From Nemertoderma westbladi (taxonomy: Eukaryota > Animalia > Xenacoelomorpha), in NCBI GenBank assembly GCA_032718475.1, contig JAUCBJ010001037.1, forward strand, positions 1 to 64,000: 64,000 bases of DNA, written 5' to 3'. Position 1 is the stretch's first letter; the number at the start of each line of letters is the position of its first letter. The position numbers and the translations under genes are program-made. The notes below the pieces were generated by a model. That model made no database searches and was not told where the DNA came from. It saw only the letters and a list, made by a program, of their open reading frames with translations. This document shows, piece after piece, positions 14,701 to 28,854 of this stretch.

Positions 14701-17700
14701 CGTACTCACTAATAATCCTACTAGATCCGTACTCACTAATAGTCCTACTAGATCCGTACTCACTAATAATCCTACTAGATCCGTACTCACTAATAATCCT
14801 ACTAGATCCGTACTCACTAATAATCCTACTAGATCCGTACTCACTAATAATCCTACTAGATCCGTACTTACTAATAGTCCTACTAGACTCACTAATAATC
14901 CTACTAGATCCGTACTCACTAATAATCCTACTAGATCCGTACTCACTAATAATCCTACTAGATCCGTACTCACTAATAATCCTACTAGATCCGTACTCAC
15001 TAATAGTCCTACTAGACTCACTAATAATCCTACTAGATCCGTACTCACTAATAATCCTACTAGATCCGTACTCACTAATAATCCTACTAGATCCGTACTC
15101 ACTAATAATCCTACTAGATCCGTACTCACTAATAATCCTACTAGATCCGTACTCTCTAATAATCCTACTAGATCCGTACTCACTAATAATCCTACTAGAT
15201 CCGTACTCACTAATAATCCTACTAGATCCGTACTCACTAATAATCCTACTAGATCCGTACTCACTAATAATCCTACTAGATCCGTACTCACTAATAATCC
15301 TACTAGATCCGTACTCACTAATAATCCTACTAGATCCGTACTCACTAATAATCCTACTAAATCCGTACTCACTAATAGTCCTACTAGATCCGTACTCACT
15401 AATAATCCTACTAGATCCGTACTCACTAATAATCCTACTAGATCCGTACTCACTAATAATCCTACTAGATCCGTACTTACTAATAGTTCTACTAGACTCA
15501 CTAATAATCCTACTAGATCCGTACTCACTAATAAACCTACTAGATCCGTACTCACTAATAATCCTACTAGATCCGTACTCACTAATAATCCTACTAGATC
15601 CGTACTCACTAATAATCCTACTAAATCCGTACTCACTAATAGTCCTACTAGATCCGTACTCACTAATAATCCTACTAGATCCGTACTCACTAATAATCCT
15701 ACTAGACTCACTAATAATCCTACTAGATCCGTACTCACTAATAATCCTACTAGATCCGTACTCACTAATAATCCTACTAGATCCGTACTCACTAATAGTC
15801 CTACTAGATCCGTACTCACTAATAATCCTACTAGATCCGTACTCACTAATAGTCCTACTAGATCCGTACTCACTAATAGTCCTACTAGACTCACTAATAA
15901 TCCTACTAGATCCGTACTCACTAATAAACCTACTAGATCCGTACTCACTAATAATCCTACTAGATCCGTACTCACTAATAATCCTACTAGATCCGTACTC
16001 ACTAATAATCCTACTAAATCCGTACTCACTAATAGTCCTACTAGATCCGTACTCACTAATAATCCTACTAGATCCGTACTCACTAATAGTCCTACTAGAC
16101 TCACTAATAATCCTACTAGATCCGTACTCACTAATAATCCTACTAGATCCGTACTCACTAATAATCCTACTAGATCCGTACTCACTAATAATCCTACTAG
16201 ATCCGTACTCACTAATAATCCTACTAGATCCGTACTCACTAATAGTCCTACTAGACTCACTAATAATCCTACTAGATCCGTACTCACTAATAATCCTACT
16301 AGATCCGTACTCACTAATAATCCTACTTGATCCGTACTCACTAATAATCCTACTAGATCCGTACTCACTAATAATCCTACTAGATCCGTACTTACTAATA
16401 ATCCTATTAGATCCGTACTCACTAATAATCCTACTAGATCCGTACTCACTAATAATCCTACTAGATCCGTACTCACTAATAATCCTACTAGATCCGTACT
16501 CACTAATAATCCTTCTAGATCCATACTCACTTGTAGTCCTACTAGATCCGTACTCACTAATAATCCTACTAGATCCGTACTCACTAATAATCCTACTAGA
16601 TCCGTACTCACTAATAATCATACTAGATCCGTACTCACTAATAATCCTACTATATCCGTACTCACTAATAATCCTACTAGATCCGTACTCACTAATAATC
16701 CTACTAGATCCGTACTCACTAATATTCCTACTAGATCCGTACTTACCAATAATCCTACTAGATCCGTACTCACTAATAATCCTACTAGATCCGTACTCAC
16801 TAATAGTCCTACTAGAATCACTAATAATCCTACTAGATCCGTACTCACTAATAATCCTACTAGATCCGTACTCACTAATAATCCTACTTGATCCGTATTC
16901 ACTAATAATCCTACTAGATCCGTACTCACTAATAATCCTACTAGATCCGTACTCACTAATAATCCTACTAGATCCGTACTTACTAATAGTCCTACTAGAC
17001 TCACTAATAATCCTACTAGATCCGTACTCACTAATAAACCTACTAGATCCGTACTCACTAATAATCCTACTAGACTCACTAATAATCCTACTAGATCCGT
17101 ACTCACTAATAATCCTACTAGATCCGTACTCACTAATAATCCTACTAGATCCGTACTTACTAATAATCCTATTAGATCCGTACTCACTAATAATCCTACT
17201 AAATCCGTACTCACTAATAGTCCTACTAGATCCGTACTCACTAATAATCCTACTAGATCCGTACTCACTAATAATCCTACTAGATCCGTACTCACTAATA
17301 ATCCTACTAGATCCGTACTTACTAATAGTCCTACTAGACTCACTAATAATCCTACTAGATCCGTACTCACTAATAAACCTACTAGATCCGTACTCACTAA
17401 TAATCCTACTAGATCCGTACTCACTAATAATCCTACTAGATCCGTACTCACTAATAATCCTACTAAATCCGTACTCACTAATAGTCCTACTAGATCCGTA
17501 CTCACTAATAATCCTACTAGATCCGTACTCACTAATAGTCCTACTAGACTCACTAATAATCCTACTAGATCCGTACTCACTAATAATCCTACTAGATCCG
17601 TACTCACTAATAATCCTACTAGATCCGTACTCACTAATAATCCTACTAGATCCGTACTCACTAATAATCCTACTAGATCCGTACTCACTAATAATCCTAC

Positions 17701-20700
17701 TAGATCCGTACTCACTAATAATCCTACTAGATCCGTACTCACTAATAATCCTACTAGACTCACTAATAATCCTACTAGATCCGTACTCACTAATAATCCT
17801 ACTAGATCCGTACTCACTAATAATCCTACTAGATCCGTACTCACTAATAGTCCTACTAGATCCGTACTCACTAATAATCCTACTAGATCCGTACTCACTA
17901 ATAGTCCTACTAGATCCGTACTCACTAATAGTCCTACTAGACTCACTAATAATCCTACTAGATCCGTACTCACTAATAAACCTACTAGATCCGTACTCAC
18001 TAATAATCCTACTAGATCCGTACTCACTAATAATCCTACTAGATCCGTACTCACTAATAATCCTACTAAATCCGTACTCACTAATAGTCCTACTAGATCC
18101 GTACTCACTAATAATCCTACTAGATCCGTACTCACTAATAGTCCTACTAGACTCACTAATAATCCTACTAGATCCGTACTCACTAATAATCCTACTAGAT
18201 CCGTACTCACTAATAATCCTACTAGATCCGTACTCACTAATAATCCTACTAGATCCGTACTCACTAATAATCCTACTAGATCCGTACTCACTAATAGTCC
18301 TACTAGACTCACTAATAATCCTACTAGATCCGTACTCACTAATAATCCTACTAGATCCGTACTCACTAATAATCCTACTTGATCCGTACTCACTAATAAT
18401 CCTACTAGATCCGTACTCACTAATAATCCTACTAGATCCGTACTTACTAATAATCCTACTAGATCCGTACTCACTAATAATCCTACTAGATCCGTACTCA
18501 CTAATAATCCTACTAGATCCGTACTCACTAATAATCCTACTAGATCCGTACTCACTAATAATCCTTCTAGATCCATACTCACTTGTAGTCCTACTAGATC
18601 CGTACTCACTAATAATCCTACTAGATCCGTACTCACTAATAATCCTACTAGATCCGTACTCACTAATAATCATACTAGATCCGTACTCACTAATAATCCT
18701 ACTATATCCGTACTCACTAATAATCCTACTAGATCCGTACTCACTAATAATCCTACTAGATCCGTACTCACTAATATTCCTACTAGATCCGTACTTACCA
18801 ATAATCCTACTAGATCCGTACTCACTAATAATCCTACTAGATCCGTACTCACTAATAGTCCTACTAGAATCACTAATAATCCTACTAGATCCGTACTCAC
18901 TAATAATCCTACTAGATCCGTACTCACTAATAATCCTACTTGATCCGTACTCACTAATAATCCTACTAGACTCACTAATAATCCTACTAGACTCACTAAT
19001 AATCCTACTAGATCCGTACTCACTAATAATCCTTCTAGATCCATACTCACTTGTAGTCCTACTAGATCCGTGCTCACTAATAATCCTACTAGATCCGTAC
19101 TCACTAATAATCCTACTAGATCCGTACTCACTAATATTCCTACTAGATCCGTACTTACCAATAATCCTACTAGATCCGTACTCACTAATAATCCTACTAG
19201 ATCCGTACTCACTAATAGTCCTACTAGATCCGTACTCACTAATAATCCTACTAGATCCGTACTCACTAATAGTCCTACTAGATCCGTACTCACTAATAAT
19301 CCTACTAGATCCGTACTCACTAATAATCCTACTAGATCCGTACTCACTAATAGTCCTACTAGATCCGTACTCACTAATAATCCTACTAGATCCGTACTCA
19401 CTAATAATCCTACTAGATCCGTACTCACTAATAATCCTACTAGATCCGTACTCACTAATAATCCTACTAGATCCGTACTCACTAATAATCCTACTAGATC
19501 CGTACTCACTAATAATCCTACTAGATCCGTACTCACTAATAGTCCTACTAGATCCGTACTCACTAATAATCCTACTAGATCCGTACTCACTAATAATCCT
19601 ACTAGATCCGTACTCACTAATAATCCTACTAGATCCGTACTCACTAATAATCCTACTAGATCCGTACTCACTAATAGTCCTACTAGATCCGTACTCACTA
19701 ATAATCCTACTAGATCCGTACTCACTAATAATCCTACTAGATCCGTACTCACTAATAATCCTACTAGATCCGTACTCACTAATAATCCTACTAGATCCGT
19801 ACTCACTAATAATCCTACTAGATCCGTACTCACTAATAATCCTACTAGATCCGTACTCACTAATAATCCTACTAGATCCGTACTCACTAATAGTCCTACT
19901 AGATCCGTACTCACTAATAATCCTACTAGATCCGTACTCACTAATAATCCTACTAGATCCGTACTCACTAATAATCCTACTAGATCCGTACTCACTAATA
20001 ATCCTACTAGATCCGTACTCACTAATAATCCTACTAGATCCGTACTCACTAATAATCCTACTAGATCCGTACTCACTAATAATCCTACTAGATCCGTACT
20101 CACTAATAGTCCTACTAGATCCGTACTCACTAATAATCCTACTAGATCCGTACTCACTAATAATCCTACTAGATCCGTACTCACTAATAGTCCTACTAGA
20201 TCCGTACTCACTAATAATCCTACTAGATCCGTACTCACTAATAATCCTACTAGATCCGTACTCACTAATAATCCTACTAGATCCGTACTCACTAATAATC
20301 CTACTAGATCCGTACTCACTAATAATCCTACTAGATCCGTACTCACTAATAATCCTACTAGATCCGTACTCACTAATAATCCTACTAGATCCGTACTCAC
20401 TAATAATCCTACTAGATCCGTACTCACTAATAATCCTACTAGATCCGTACTCACTAATAGTCCTACTAGATCCGTACTCACTAATAATCCTACTTGATCC
20501 GTACTCACTAATAATCCTACTAGATCCGTACTCACTAATAATCCTACTAGATCCGTACTCACTAATAATCCTACTAGATCCGTACTCACTAATAATCCTA
20601 CTAGATCCGTACTCACTAATAATCCTACTAGATCCGTACTCACTAATAGTCCTACTAGATCCGTACTCACTAATAATCCTACTAGATCCGTACTCACTAA

Positions 20701-23700
20701 TAGTCCTACTAGACTCACTAATAATCCTACTAGATCCGTACTCACTAATAATCCTACTAGATCCGTACTCACTAATAATCCTACTAGATCCGTACTCACT
20801 AATAGTCCTACTAGACTCACTAATAATCCTACTAGATCCGTACTCACTAATAATCCTACTAGATCCGTACTCACTAATAATCCTACTAGATCCGTACTCA
20901 CTAATAATCCTACTAGATCCGTACTTACTAATAATCCTACTAGATCCGTACTCACTAATAATCCTACTAGATCCGTACTCACTAATAATCCTACTAGATC
21001 CGTACTCACTAATAATCCTACTAGATCCGTACTCACTAATAATCCTACTAGATCCGTACTCACTAATAATCCTACTAGATCCGTACTCACTAATAATCCT
21101 ACTAGATCCGTACTCACTAATAATCCTACTAGATCCGTACTCACTAATAATCCTACTAGATCCGTACTCACTAATAATCCTACTAGATCCGTACTCACTA
21201 ATAATCCTACTAAATCCGTACTCACTAATAATCCTACTAGATCCGTACTCACTAATAGTCCTACTAGATCCGTACTCACTAATAATCCTACTAGATCCGT
21301 ACTCACTAATAATCCTACTAGATCCGTACTCACTAATAATCCTACTAAATCCGTACTCACTAATAATCCTACTAGATCCGTACTCACTAATAGTCCTACT
21401 AGATCCGTACTCACTAATAATCCTACTAGATCCGTACTCACTAATAATCCTACTAGATCCGTACTCACTAATAATCCTACTAGATCCGTACTCACTAATA
21501 ATCCTACTAGATCCGTACTCACTAATAGTCCTACTAGATCCGTACTCACTAATAATCCTACTAGATCCGTACTCACTAATAGTCCTACTAGATCCGTACT
21601 CACTAATAATCCTACTAGATCCGTACTCACTAATAGTCCTACTAGACTCACTAATAATCCTACTAGATCCGTACTCACTAATAATCCTACTAGATCCGTA
21701 CTCACTAATAATCCTACTAGATCCGTACTCACTAATAATCCTACTAGATCCGTACTCACTAATAATCCTACTAGATCCGTACTCACTAATAATCCTACTA
21801 GATCCGTACTCACTAATAATCCTACTAGATCCGTACTCACTAATAATCCTACTAGATCCGTACTCACTAATAGTCCTACTAGATCCGTACTCACTAATAA
21901 TCCTACTAGATCCGTACTCACTAATAATCCTACTAGATCCGTACTCACTAATAATCCTACTAGATCCGTACTCACTAATAGTCCTACTAGATCCGTACTC
22001 ACTAATAATCCTACTAGATCCGTACTCACGAATAATCCTATTAGATCCGTACTCACTAATAGTCCTACTAGATCCGTACTCACTAATAATCCTATTAGAT
22101 CCGTACTCACTAATAATCCTACTAGATCTGTACTCACTAATAATCCTACTAGATCCGTACTCACTAATAATCCTATTAGATCCGTACTCACTAATAGTCC
22201 TGCTAGATCCGTACTCATTAATAATCCTACTAGATCCGTACTCACTAATAATCCTACTAGATCCGTACTCACTAATAATCCTACTAGATCCGTACACACT
22301 AATAGTCCTACTAGATCCGTACTCACTAATAATCCTACTAGATCCGTACTCACTAATAATCCTACTAGATCCGTACTCACTAATAATCCTACTAGATCCG
22401 TACTCACTAATAATCCTACTAGATCCGTACTCACTAATAATCCTACTAGATCCGTACTCACTAATAGTCCTACTAGATCCGTACTCACTAATAGTCCTAC
22501 TAGATCCGTACTCACTAATAGTCCTACTAGATCCGTACTCACTAATAATCCTACTAGATCCGTACTCACTAATAATCCTACTAGATCCGTACTCACTAAT
22601 AATCATACTAGATCCGTACTCACCAATAATCCTACTAGATCCGTACTCACTAATAATCCTACTAGATCCGTACTCACTAATAATCCTACTAGATCCGTAC
22701 TCACTAATAATCATACTAGATCCGTACTCACCAATAATCCTACTAGATCCGTACTCACTAATAATCCTACTAGATCCGTACTCACTAATAATCCTACTAG
22801 ATCCGTACTCACCAATAATCCTACTAGATCCGTACTCACTAATAATCCTACTAGATCCGTACTCACTAATAATCCTACTAGATCCGTACTCACTAATAAT
22901 CCTACTAGATCCGTACTCACTAATAGTCCTACTAGATCCGTACTCACTAATAGTCCTACTAGATCCGTACTCACTAATAGTCCTACTAGATCCGTACTCA
23001 CTAATAGTCCTACTAGATCCGTACTCACTAATAATCCTACTAGATCCGTACTCACTAATAATCCTACTAGATCCGTACTCACTAATAATCCTACTAGATC
23101 CGTACTCACTAATAGTCCCACTAGATCCGTACTACTAATAATCCTAGTAGATCCGTACTCACTAATAATCCTACTAGACTCACTAATAATCCTACTAGAT
23201 CCGTACTCACTAATAGTCCTACTAGATCCGTACTCACTAATAATCCTACTAGATCCGTACTCACTAATAGTCCTACTAGATCCGTACTCACTAATAATCC
23301 TACTAGATCCGTACTCACTAATAATCCTACTAGATCCGTACTCACTAATAGTCCTACTAGATCCGTACTCACTAATAGTCCTACTAGATCCGTACTCACT
23401 AATAGTCCTACTAGATCCGTACTCACTAATAGTCCTACTAGATCCGTACTCACTAATAGTCCTACTAGATCCGTACTCACTAATAGTCCTACTAGATCCG
23501 TACTCACTAATAATCCTACTAGATCCGTACTCACTAATAGTCCTACTAGATCCGTACTCACTAATAGTCCTACTAGATCCGTACTCACTAATAGTCCTAC
23601 TAGATCCGTACTCACTAATAGTCCTACTAGATCCGTACTCACTAATAGTCCTTCTAGATCCGTACTCACTAATAATCCTACTAGATCCGTACTCACTAAT

Positions 23701-24176
23701 AGTCCTACTAGATCCGTACCCACTAATAATCCTACTAGATCCGTACTCACTAATAATCCTACTAGATCCGTACTCACTAATAATCCTACTAGATCCGTAC
23801 CCACTAATAATCCTACTAGATCCGTACTCACTAATAGTCCTACTAGATCCGTACCCACTAATAATCCTACTAGATCCGTACTCACTAATAATCCTACTAG
23901 ATCCGTACTCACTAATAATCCTACTAGATCCGTACCCACTAATAATCCTACTAGATCCGTACTCACTAATAATCCTACTAGATCCGTACTCACTAATAAT
24001 CCTACTAGATCCGTACTCACTAATAATCCTACTAGATCCGTACCCACTAATAATCCTACTAGATCCGTACTCACTAATAGTCCTACTAGATCCGTACCCA
24101 CTAATAATCCTACTAGATCCGTACTCACTAATAATCCTACTAGATCCGTACTCACTAATAGTCCTACTAGATCCGT

Positions 24177-24379
24177 TGTAATCTTCCCCAATCCCGCTGT
24201 CGGCAGTTAATAAGAATATAATATACATAAATGCATTTTAGTCGACTATATTAATATCAACAATTAATCTCTATAATACTGCAGTATGTCATTCCAAATA
24301 CAACACCGTACCGGTACCACTCCTACAGTCCTACACTGTACAATATAAATTCTTACTACAGATAATAATTCTTACTACA
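24177..24379 (-). repeat. 3' LTR of the Gypsy element
   Basis: Matches 28875-29077; preceded on the minus strand by purine tract CGGAGGGGTAT (24380-24390). Confidence 0.95.
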
Positions 24380-24409
24380 ATACCCCTCCGATCAGACGCG
24401 GAGCGTCAT

Positions 24410-27400
24410 TTATATTGAAAATATTTCATTTTTATTTAAATTAAAATTAACTTTATTGTACACTCGACCAGATCTCGTTTGTGAAGGAATATTTTGGGAT
24501 GAATTTCTCAAGAATTTATTACAATCATTGGTCAATATATTACTTTTAGTTTTGGATGGAAGTAATTTGGCCGTGAAATCATTTATTTCGGTGTCTTGAT
24601 TAGCAATAAATGCTGGTTTTGTTCGATCTATGGATACTTTCTGGAGTTTTCCATTTATTTCAATGGTCACAGTTTTATTATCTCTTTCTTGTATTTTGTA
24701 TGGCCCTGTATAACGATCACTTAAGGATGACTTGCGGCGTTCCTTTCTTAGCCACACCTGTTTCACCGAGTCCATAGAAGCAGGAATATATGATGGTTTA
24801 TTGTGTTTTCTTTCTGGAATTGCAAACGAATTTACTGATTTCATCAGATCCTCCATGAATTTCGGTAAGTTATCTATATCTCTTTCAGAGTTCGTTGGTA
24901 TGAAATATTGTTGAGGTAAGTCTACTGTTCCACCATAAACTAATTGTGTTGGGCTGTATCCCTCATCATTTGCTAAACTAGATCTCAGTCCCAACATTAT
25001 TAATGGTAGTGAATCCGACCAGGTTTGAGTTTTCTCCGTGTGAGTTCGTAATGCATTCTTTAGAGTTCGATGCCATCTTTCTATAGCCCCATTACACTGT
25101 GGGTGATAGCTGGTTGTTCTAGAACGTTGTATTCCTAATAATTTCATTACCTCAGACCATACTTGGGATTCAAACTGAGTACCCCTGTCCGAGATCAATT
25201 CTCTTGGAACTCCAAATCTAGTAATCCATGTTTTTATTAGTGCTTTTGCTACAATTTCTGCGTCTATTCGACTTGTAGGGACAGCTTCTGGCCATCTGGT
25301 GAATCTGTCTATCATTGTTACTATATATTGATTTCCTTTGGAAGGTGGTAGAGGGCCAACAATGTCGATATGTATTGTTTGAAAACGTCCAGTCGTCGGA
25401 ATTGTTCCCACTGGAGCTTTTGTATGTCTTATTACTTTGCACTGCTGGCAACGTACGCATTCTTTACACCATTTTTGCACATCCTTCCGGATTCCAGGCC
25501 AAATATATTTATCCGATATCAATTTAAGAGTAGCTTTATTACCAGTATGAGCCAATTCATGGAGTTGTTTAAAGATTTGACATCTCATTGTAGTTGGAAC
25601 ATATGGCCGTAAGTATTTATTTCTGGCATCACACCATATACTGGAATCTCCAATTCGAAATTTCATCGTTGGTAAAGAAGTTTTTTGTAAATAATTTATT
25701 AGATCCGTATCTCTTGCCTGACTTTCAGCCAGTGTTTTATCAAACTCTACAGTTACAGCAGCTGTACTTCTGGATAATGCATCGGCCACAACGTTTAAAC
25801 TGCCAGATACATGAGAAATATTACAATCGAATTCCGAAATGTATGATAACCATCTCGCCTGCTGAGGTGTAGGATTTTTCATATTTAATGCATATACCAA
25901 TGATTTATGATCGGTTTTAATTTCAAAATCTGTTCCCATTAACCATTTAAAGTGTTTCAAAGCCATATAGACAGATAATAACTCGCGATCGAAAGTCGAT
26001 TTTCGAGATTCAGTAGCCGTAAATTTAGCTGAAAAGAATGCTACTGGTTCCTTGACATTATTAACCGCAACCTGATGCAACACAGCACCTGCTGCTACAT
26101 CGGATGCATCAGTTGCCAACTCCAACTTAGTGTTTGATCGTGGAAAAGCTAAAGTAACAGAATTTCGTAATGCTTCTTTCAATTTATTGAATGCGTCTAT
26201 AGATTTTTCTGTCCATTCCAGTTTTGCGTTATTTTTACCTTTTACTCTAGTCATATCAGTTAATGGAGTAGCAGTGCCTGAAAAATGTGGAACAAATTTG
26301 TGGTAAAATCCACACATTCCGAGGAACCTTTTCAATGACTTTGTGGTAACTGGTCTTTCAAATTTAGAAATTGCGTCTATTTGTTCTGGAAGTGGTTTTA
26401 TTCCATCAGCCGAAATCCAGACACCAACAAATTTTACACCTGTACAGAAAAATTTGCACTTTTCAGGCTTTAATTTCAGGCCGAATTCAGCTAATTTACT
26501 GAGAACGCTCTTTAAATGTTTTAGATGTTCTTCACACGATTTACTTGAAACTAGCACATCATCAAGGTAAACCCATGTATATGGTGTATCCTGTAACACA
26601 GAATCCATCAGTCTTTGAAAAGTTTTTGAAGCATTCCGTAAACCATAAGGCATTCTTTTGAAAATAAATAAGCCAAAAGGAGTTACAACTGCTGCTTTTG
26701 GTTGGTCAACCTTCGCAATTGGAATTTGCGTATAGGCAGCTGTCAAATCTAATTTTGAAAATATTGTACATCCATGTAAATTACTTGTCAAATCATTTAA
26801 ATTGGGCATCGGATATTGGTCAGGAATAGTTTGTGCATTTAAACAACGAAAATCACCACAGGCTCTCCATGGTGTACTCGTAGAATTTGGTTGGGGAGCC
26901 ATATGAAGGGGAGTTGCATATTCAGACTCTCCACGGTAACACACACCTTGTTCTTCCCATTTTTTAAAAGTTTCTTTGGCTATATCTAAACGTGAACCAA
27001 ATAAACGACGAGGTTTAGAATAAGCTGGGGGTCCTTTGGTCAAAATATTATGCTCAATATTATGTTTTACAGGTTCTTTCACATCAATTGGGGTAAATAA
27101 TTCGGGGTGATTATTTAATATGTCCAAAACTTTATCGTAGTACACAGGATTTTCTACAGTAATCCTCTGTACAGATGGTTCAGGATTAGTATGTTTGTTT
27201 GTTTTCTTATTGTGGTTTGCATTCCATTTTCCAGACGGCGCTTTAACCCAGGATAATGGAATTATTCTATCATTTACACAATCCACCAAAAGTTGATTGT
27301 GTTTTAAAAAATCAGCTCCTAAAATTGGCTGTGATACATCGCACACATAAAATTCCCAGGAATATTCACTATTATTTAATTCTGGAATTTTAAAATTAAT

Positions 27401-27616
27401 TTTTCTAATTCCCAAACTATTAATTTCAGTTTTGTTAGCCGCTTTTAAATTTAAATATGGGGGAATTTTTTTCATATTTGTGGAAGCATAACTTAGAGGT
27501 AAACAACTTGCCTCGCTACCACTATCAGCTAAACATTCTCCTACTGGTACGACGGTTATATATATCGAGTTTACTCCACCGTCAACCGCCTTGCCGTTGG
27601 AGTTTTTTAGTTTCCC
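24410..27616 (-). CDS. pol: Gypsy pol (protease, RT, RNase H, integrase), entered by -1 frameshift; true start is upstream of the ORF-track Met at 27475
   Basis: CLADSGSEASCLP protease motif near 27500-27540; RMPYGLRNA, YLDD; TDAS, TDHKSL, ADALSR; HELAH...CVRC, HIDIVGPL, SDRGTQF, ERWHRTLK, YTGPY. Confidence 0.95.
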   Translation of the reverse strand, partial: GKLKNSNGKAVDGGVNSIYITVVPVGECLADSGSEASCLPLSYASTNMKKIPPYLNLKAANKTEINSLGIRKINFKIPELNNSEYSWEFYVCDVSQPILGADFLKHNQLLVDCVNDRIIPLSWVKAPSGKWNANHNKKTNKHTNPEPSVQRITVENPVYYDKVLDILNNHPELFTPIDVKEPVKHNIEHNILTKGPPAYSKPRRLFGSRLDIAKETFKKWEEQGVCYRGESEYATPLHMAPQPNSTSTPWRACGDFRCLNAQTIPDQYPMPNLNDLTSNLHGCTIFSKLDLTAAYTQIPIAKVDQPKAAVVTPFGLFIFKRMPYGLRNASKTFQRLMDSVLQDTPYTWVYLDDVLVSSKSCEEHLKHLKSVLSKLAEFGLKLKPEKCKFFCTGVKFVGVWISADGIKPLPEQIDAISKFERPVTTKSLKRFLGMCGFYHKFVPHFSGTATPLTDMTRVKGKNNAKLEWTEKSIDAFNKLKEALRNSVTLAFPRSNTKLELATDASDVAAGAVLHQVAVNNVKEPVAFFSAKFTATESRKSTFDRELLSVYMALKHFKWLMGTDFEIKTDHKSLVYALNMKNPTPQQARWLSYISEFDCNISHVSGSLNVVADALSRSTAAVTVEFDKTLAESQARDTDLINYLQKTSLPTMKFRIGDSSIWCDARNKYLRPYVPTTMRCQIFKQLHELAHTGNKATLKLISDKYIWPGIRKDVQKWCKECVRCQQCKVIRHTKAPVGTIPTTGRFQTIHIDIVGPLPPSKGNQYIVTMIDRFTRWPEAVPTSRIDAEIVAKALIKTWITRFGVPRELISDRGTQFESQVWSEVMKLLGIQRSRTTSYHPQCNGAIERWHRTLKNALRTHTEKTQTWSDSLPLIMLGLRSSLANDEGYSPTQLVYGGTVDLPQQYFIPTNSERDIDNLPKFMEDLMKSVNSFAIPERKHNKPSYIPASMDSVKQVWLRKERRKSSLSDRYTGPYKIQERDNKTVTIEINGKLQKVSIDRTKPAFIANQDTEINDFTAKLLPSKTKSNILTNDCNKFLRNSSQNIPSQTRSGRVYNKVNFNLNKNEIFSI

Positions 27617-28698
27617 GACTGCTGGTTGTTTGAATTATCCGGTTTATCCCAAGAACACTTAGAGGGATCACCGCACTTCCTAGACTCTCTTCCAAATCGC
27701 CAATGGAACCAACAGAATCGTCCCTCGGGGTCAAACGATCCATATCTAGATTGCGAACGATTTCTGTTTCGGTTGTCGGACCAAAACGGAGATTTCCCAC
27801 TTCTACTGCGATTCCGATCTCGTCCCTCGCGTGAAAACGAACGTGAACGATTGTATTGAGGCTTGATACTTGCTTGTAAAGCATTAACAGCCACAGTTAA
27901 TTGTAATATTTGATCTGCGATCGCTCTTTCCCAGTCGGGTTTTACTGGACTTTCCGGCATTTTATCAACACTACCGGAAGTGGATAATTGGTTAACCGAA
28001 TTCCATGGTGTAGATCCAGTCATTTGTTCCATCATCCGATCCGCAATTTCCGCGATTTTGTCATTGGGTATACCATCGACAGAAACCAAGGCTAAACGTA
28101 CCGGCTCCGGAAGTATTTCCAGAAATCGTAGACGTACTAAGTTTTCGTTATTAGGCGCCAAACGCTCTAGTTGCCTAAGAGCAACGGACGGCTTTCTATC
28201 GCCCAACTGTTGATCCTTTAATAGTTTCTTTAATCGTCTATCGGCGCTGTCATCCGCATAATTAATTACCGAATTTTTTATGACGTGGAATGTATCAGTC
28301 ACATTTGCTCCACTGTCGAATATCACGTTTGTCGGGAGAACGCGAAGTAAACTGTTCTTCATAACGGTCTCCGGAGAACCTTCTAAGATTTGTTCTATTT
28401 GATCGAACCAAACTCGCGTATCCTTCTCGTAAAACACCGGGAGTTTAATCGTTTGTGGAACTCGCGTTTCGTTTGTAGTCAAAGGTGTTGTAGGAAAGTT
28501 TCCCATAACAGCACCCGCTAGTTGCGTATGTTGAAGGTGGTTATAGGCCAACTGTACGGCGTTTTGGTTTTCGCCCCTCAACTGTGTCTCGATTTCCGCC
28601 CTTGTTGCTGGCATAGTGAAATTGGGGTCATTTTGGTAGAGAACTTCTAAAATGAGTTCAAGAGTTTTCTTATTTAAACTATGAATATCTAACGGCAT
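27607..28698 (-). CDS. gag: Gypsy gag
   Basis: KLPVFYEKDTRVWFDQIE, LGDRKPS, C-terminal CWFHWRFG...C...C knuckle; lies just downstream of the PBS. Confidence 0.92.
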   Translation of the reverse strand: MPLDIHSLNKKTLELILEVLYQNDPNFTMPATRAEIETQLRGENQNAVQLAYNHLQHTQLAGAVMGNFPTTPLTTNETRVPQTIKLPVFYEKDTRVWFDQIEQILEGSPETVMKNSLLRVLPTNVIFDSGANVTDTFHVIKNSVINYADDSADRRLKKLLKDQQLGDRKPSVALRQLERLAPNNENLVRLRFLEILPEPVRLALVSVDGIPNDKIAEIADRMMEQMTGSTPWNSVNQLSTSGSVDKMPESPVKPDWERAIADQILQLTVAVNALQASIKPQYNRSRSFSREGRDRNRSRSGKSPFWSDNRNRNRSQSRYGSFDPEGRFCWFHWRFGRESRKCGDPSKCSWDKPDNSNNQQSGN

Positions 28699-28854
28699 CG
28701 TGATTGGATTTACGCGTGGCCGAATGGTAGGCCTACTACTTTATGAAGTGTACCTTGATTACAGTACTTTCTGTACCGGGTATCCTAAACGTAGTTAGCT
28801 TGAATTCTGTAATGATGTTAACGTAAGTCTGACAGTCACGATTCTTGATTTAAG

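Noticed and set aside
8835-24228. Giant ORFs of 1134, 3492, 1308, 874 aa and similar (IISEYGSSR / STDLVGLLV / TNNPTRSVL repeats) as real repetitive proteins
   Set aside because: A 27-bp unit is stop-free in several frames on both strands; there is no unique N- or C-terminal domain or signal peptide, and the array tolerates TE insertions and frame breaks
22711-24228. ORF starting MYIIFLLTADSGIGEDYNG fused to repeats
   Set aside because: Chance read-out from the Gypsy 3' LTR into the satellite
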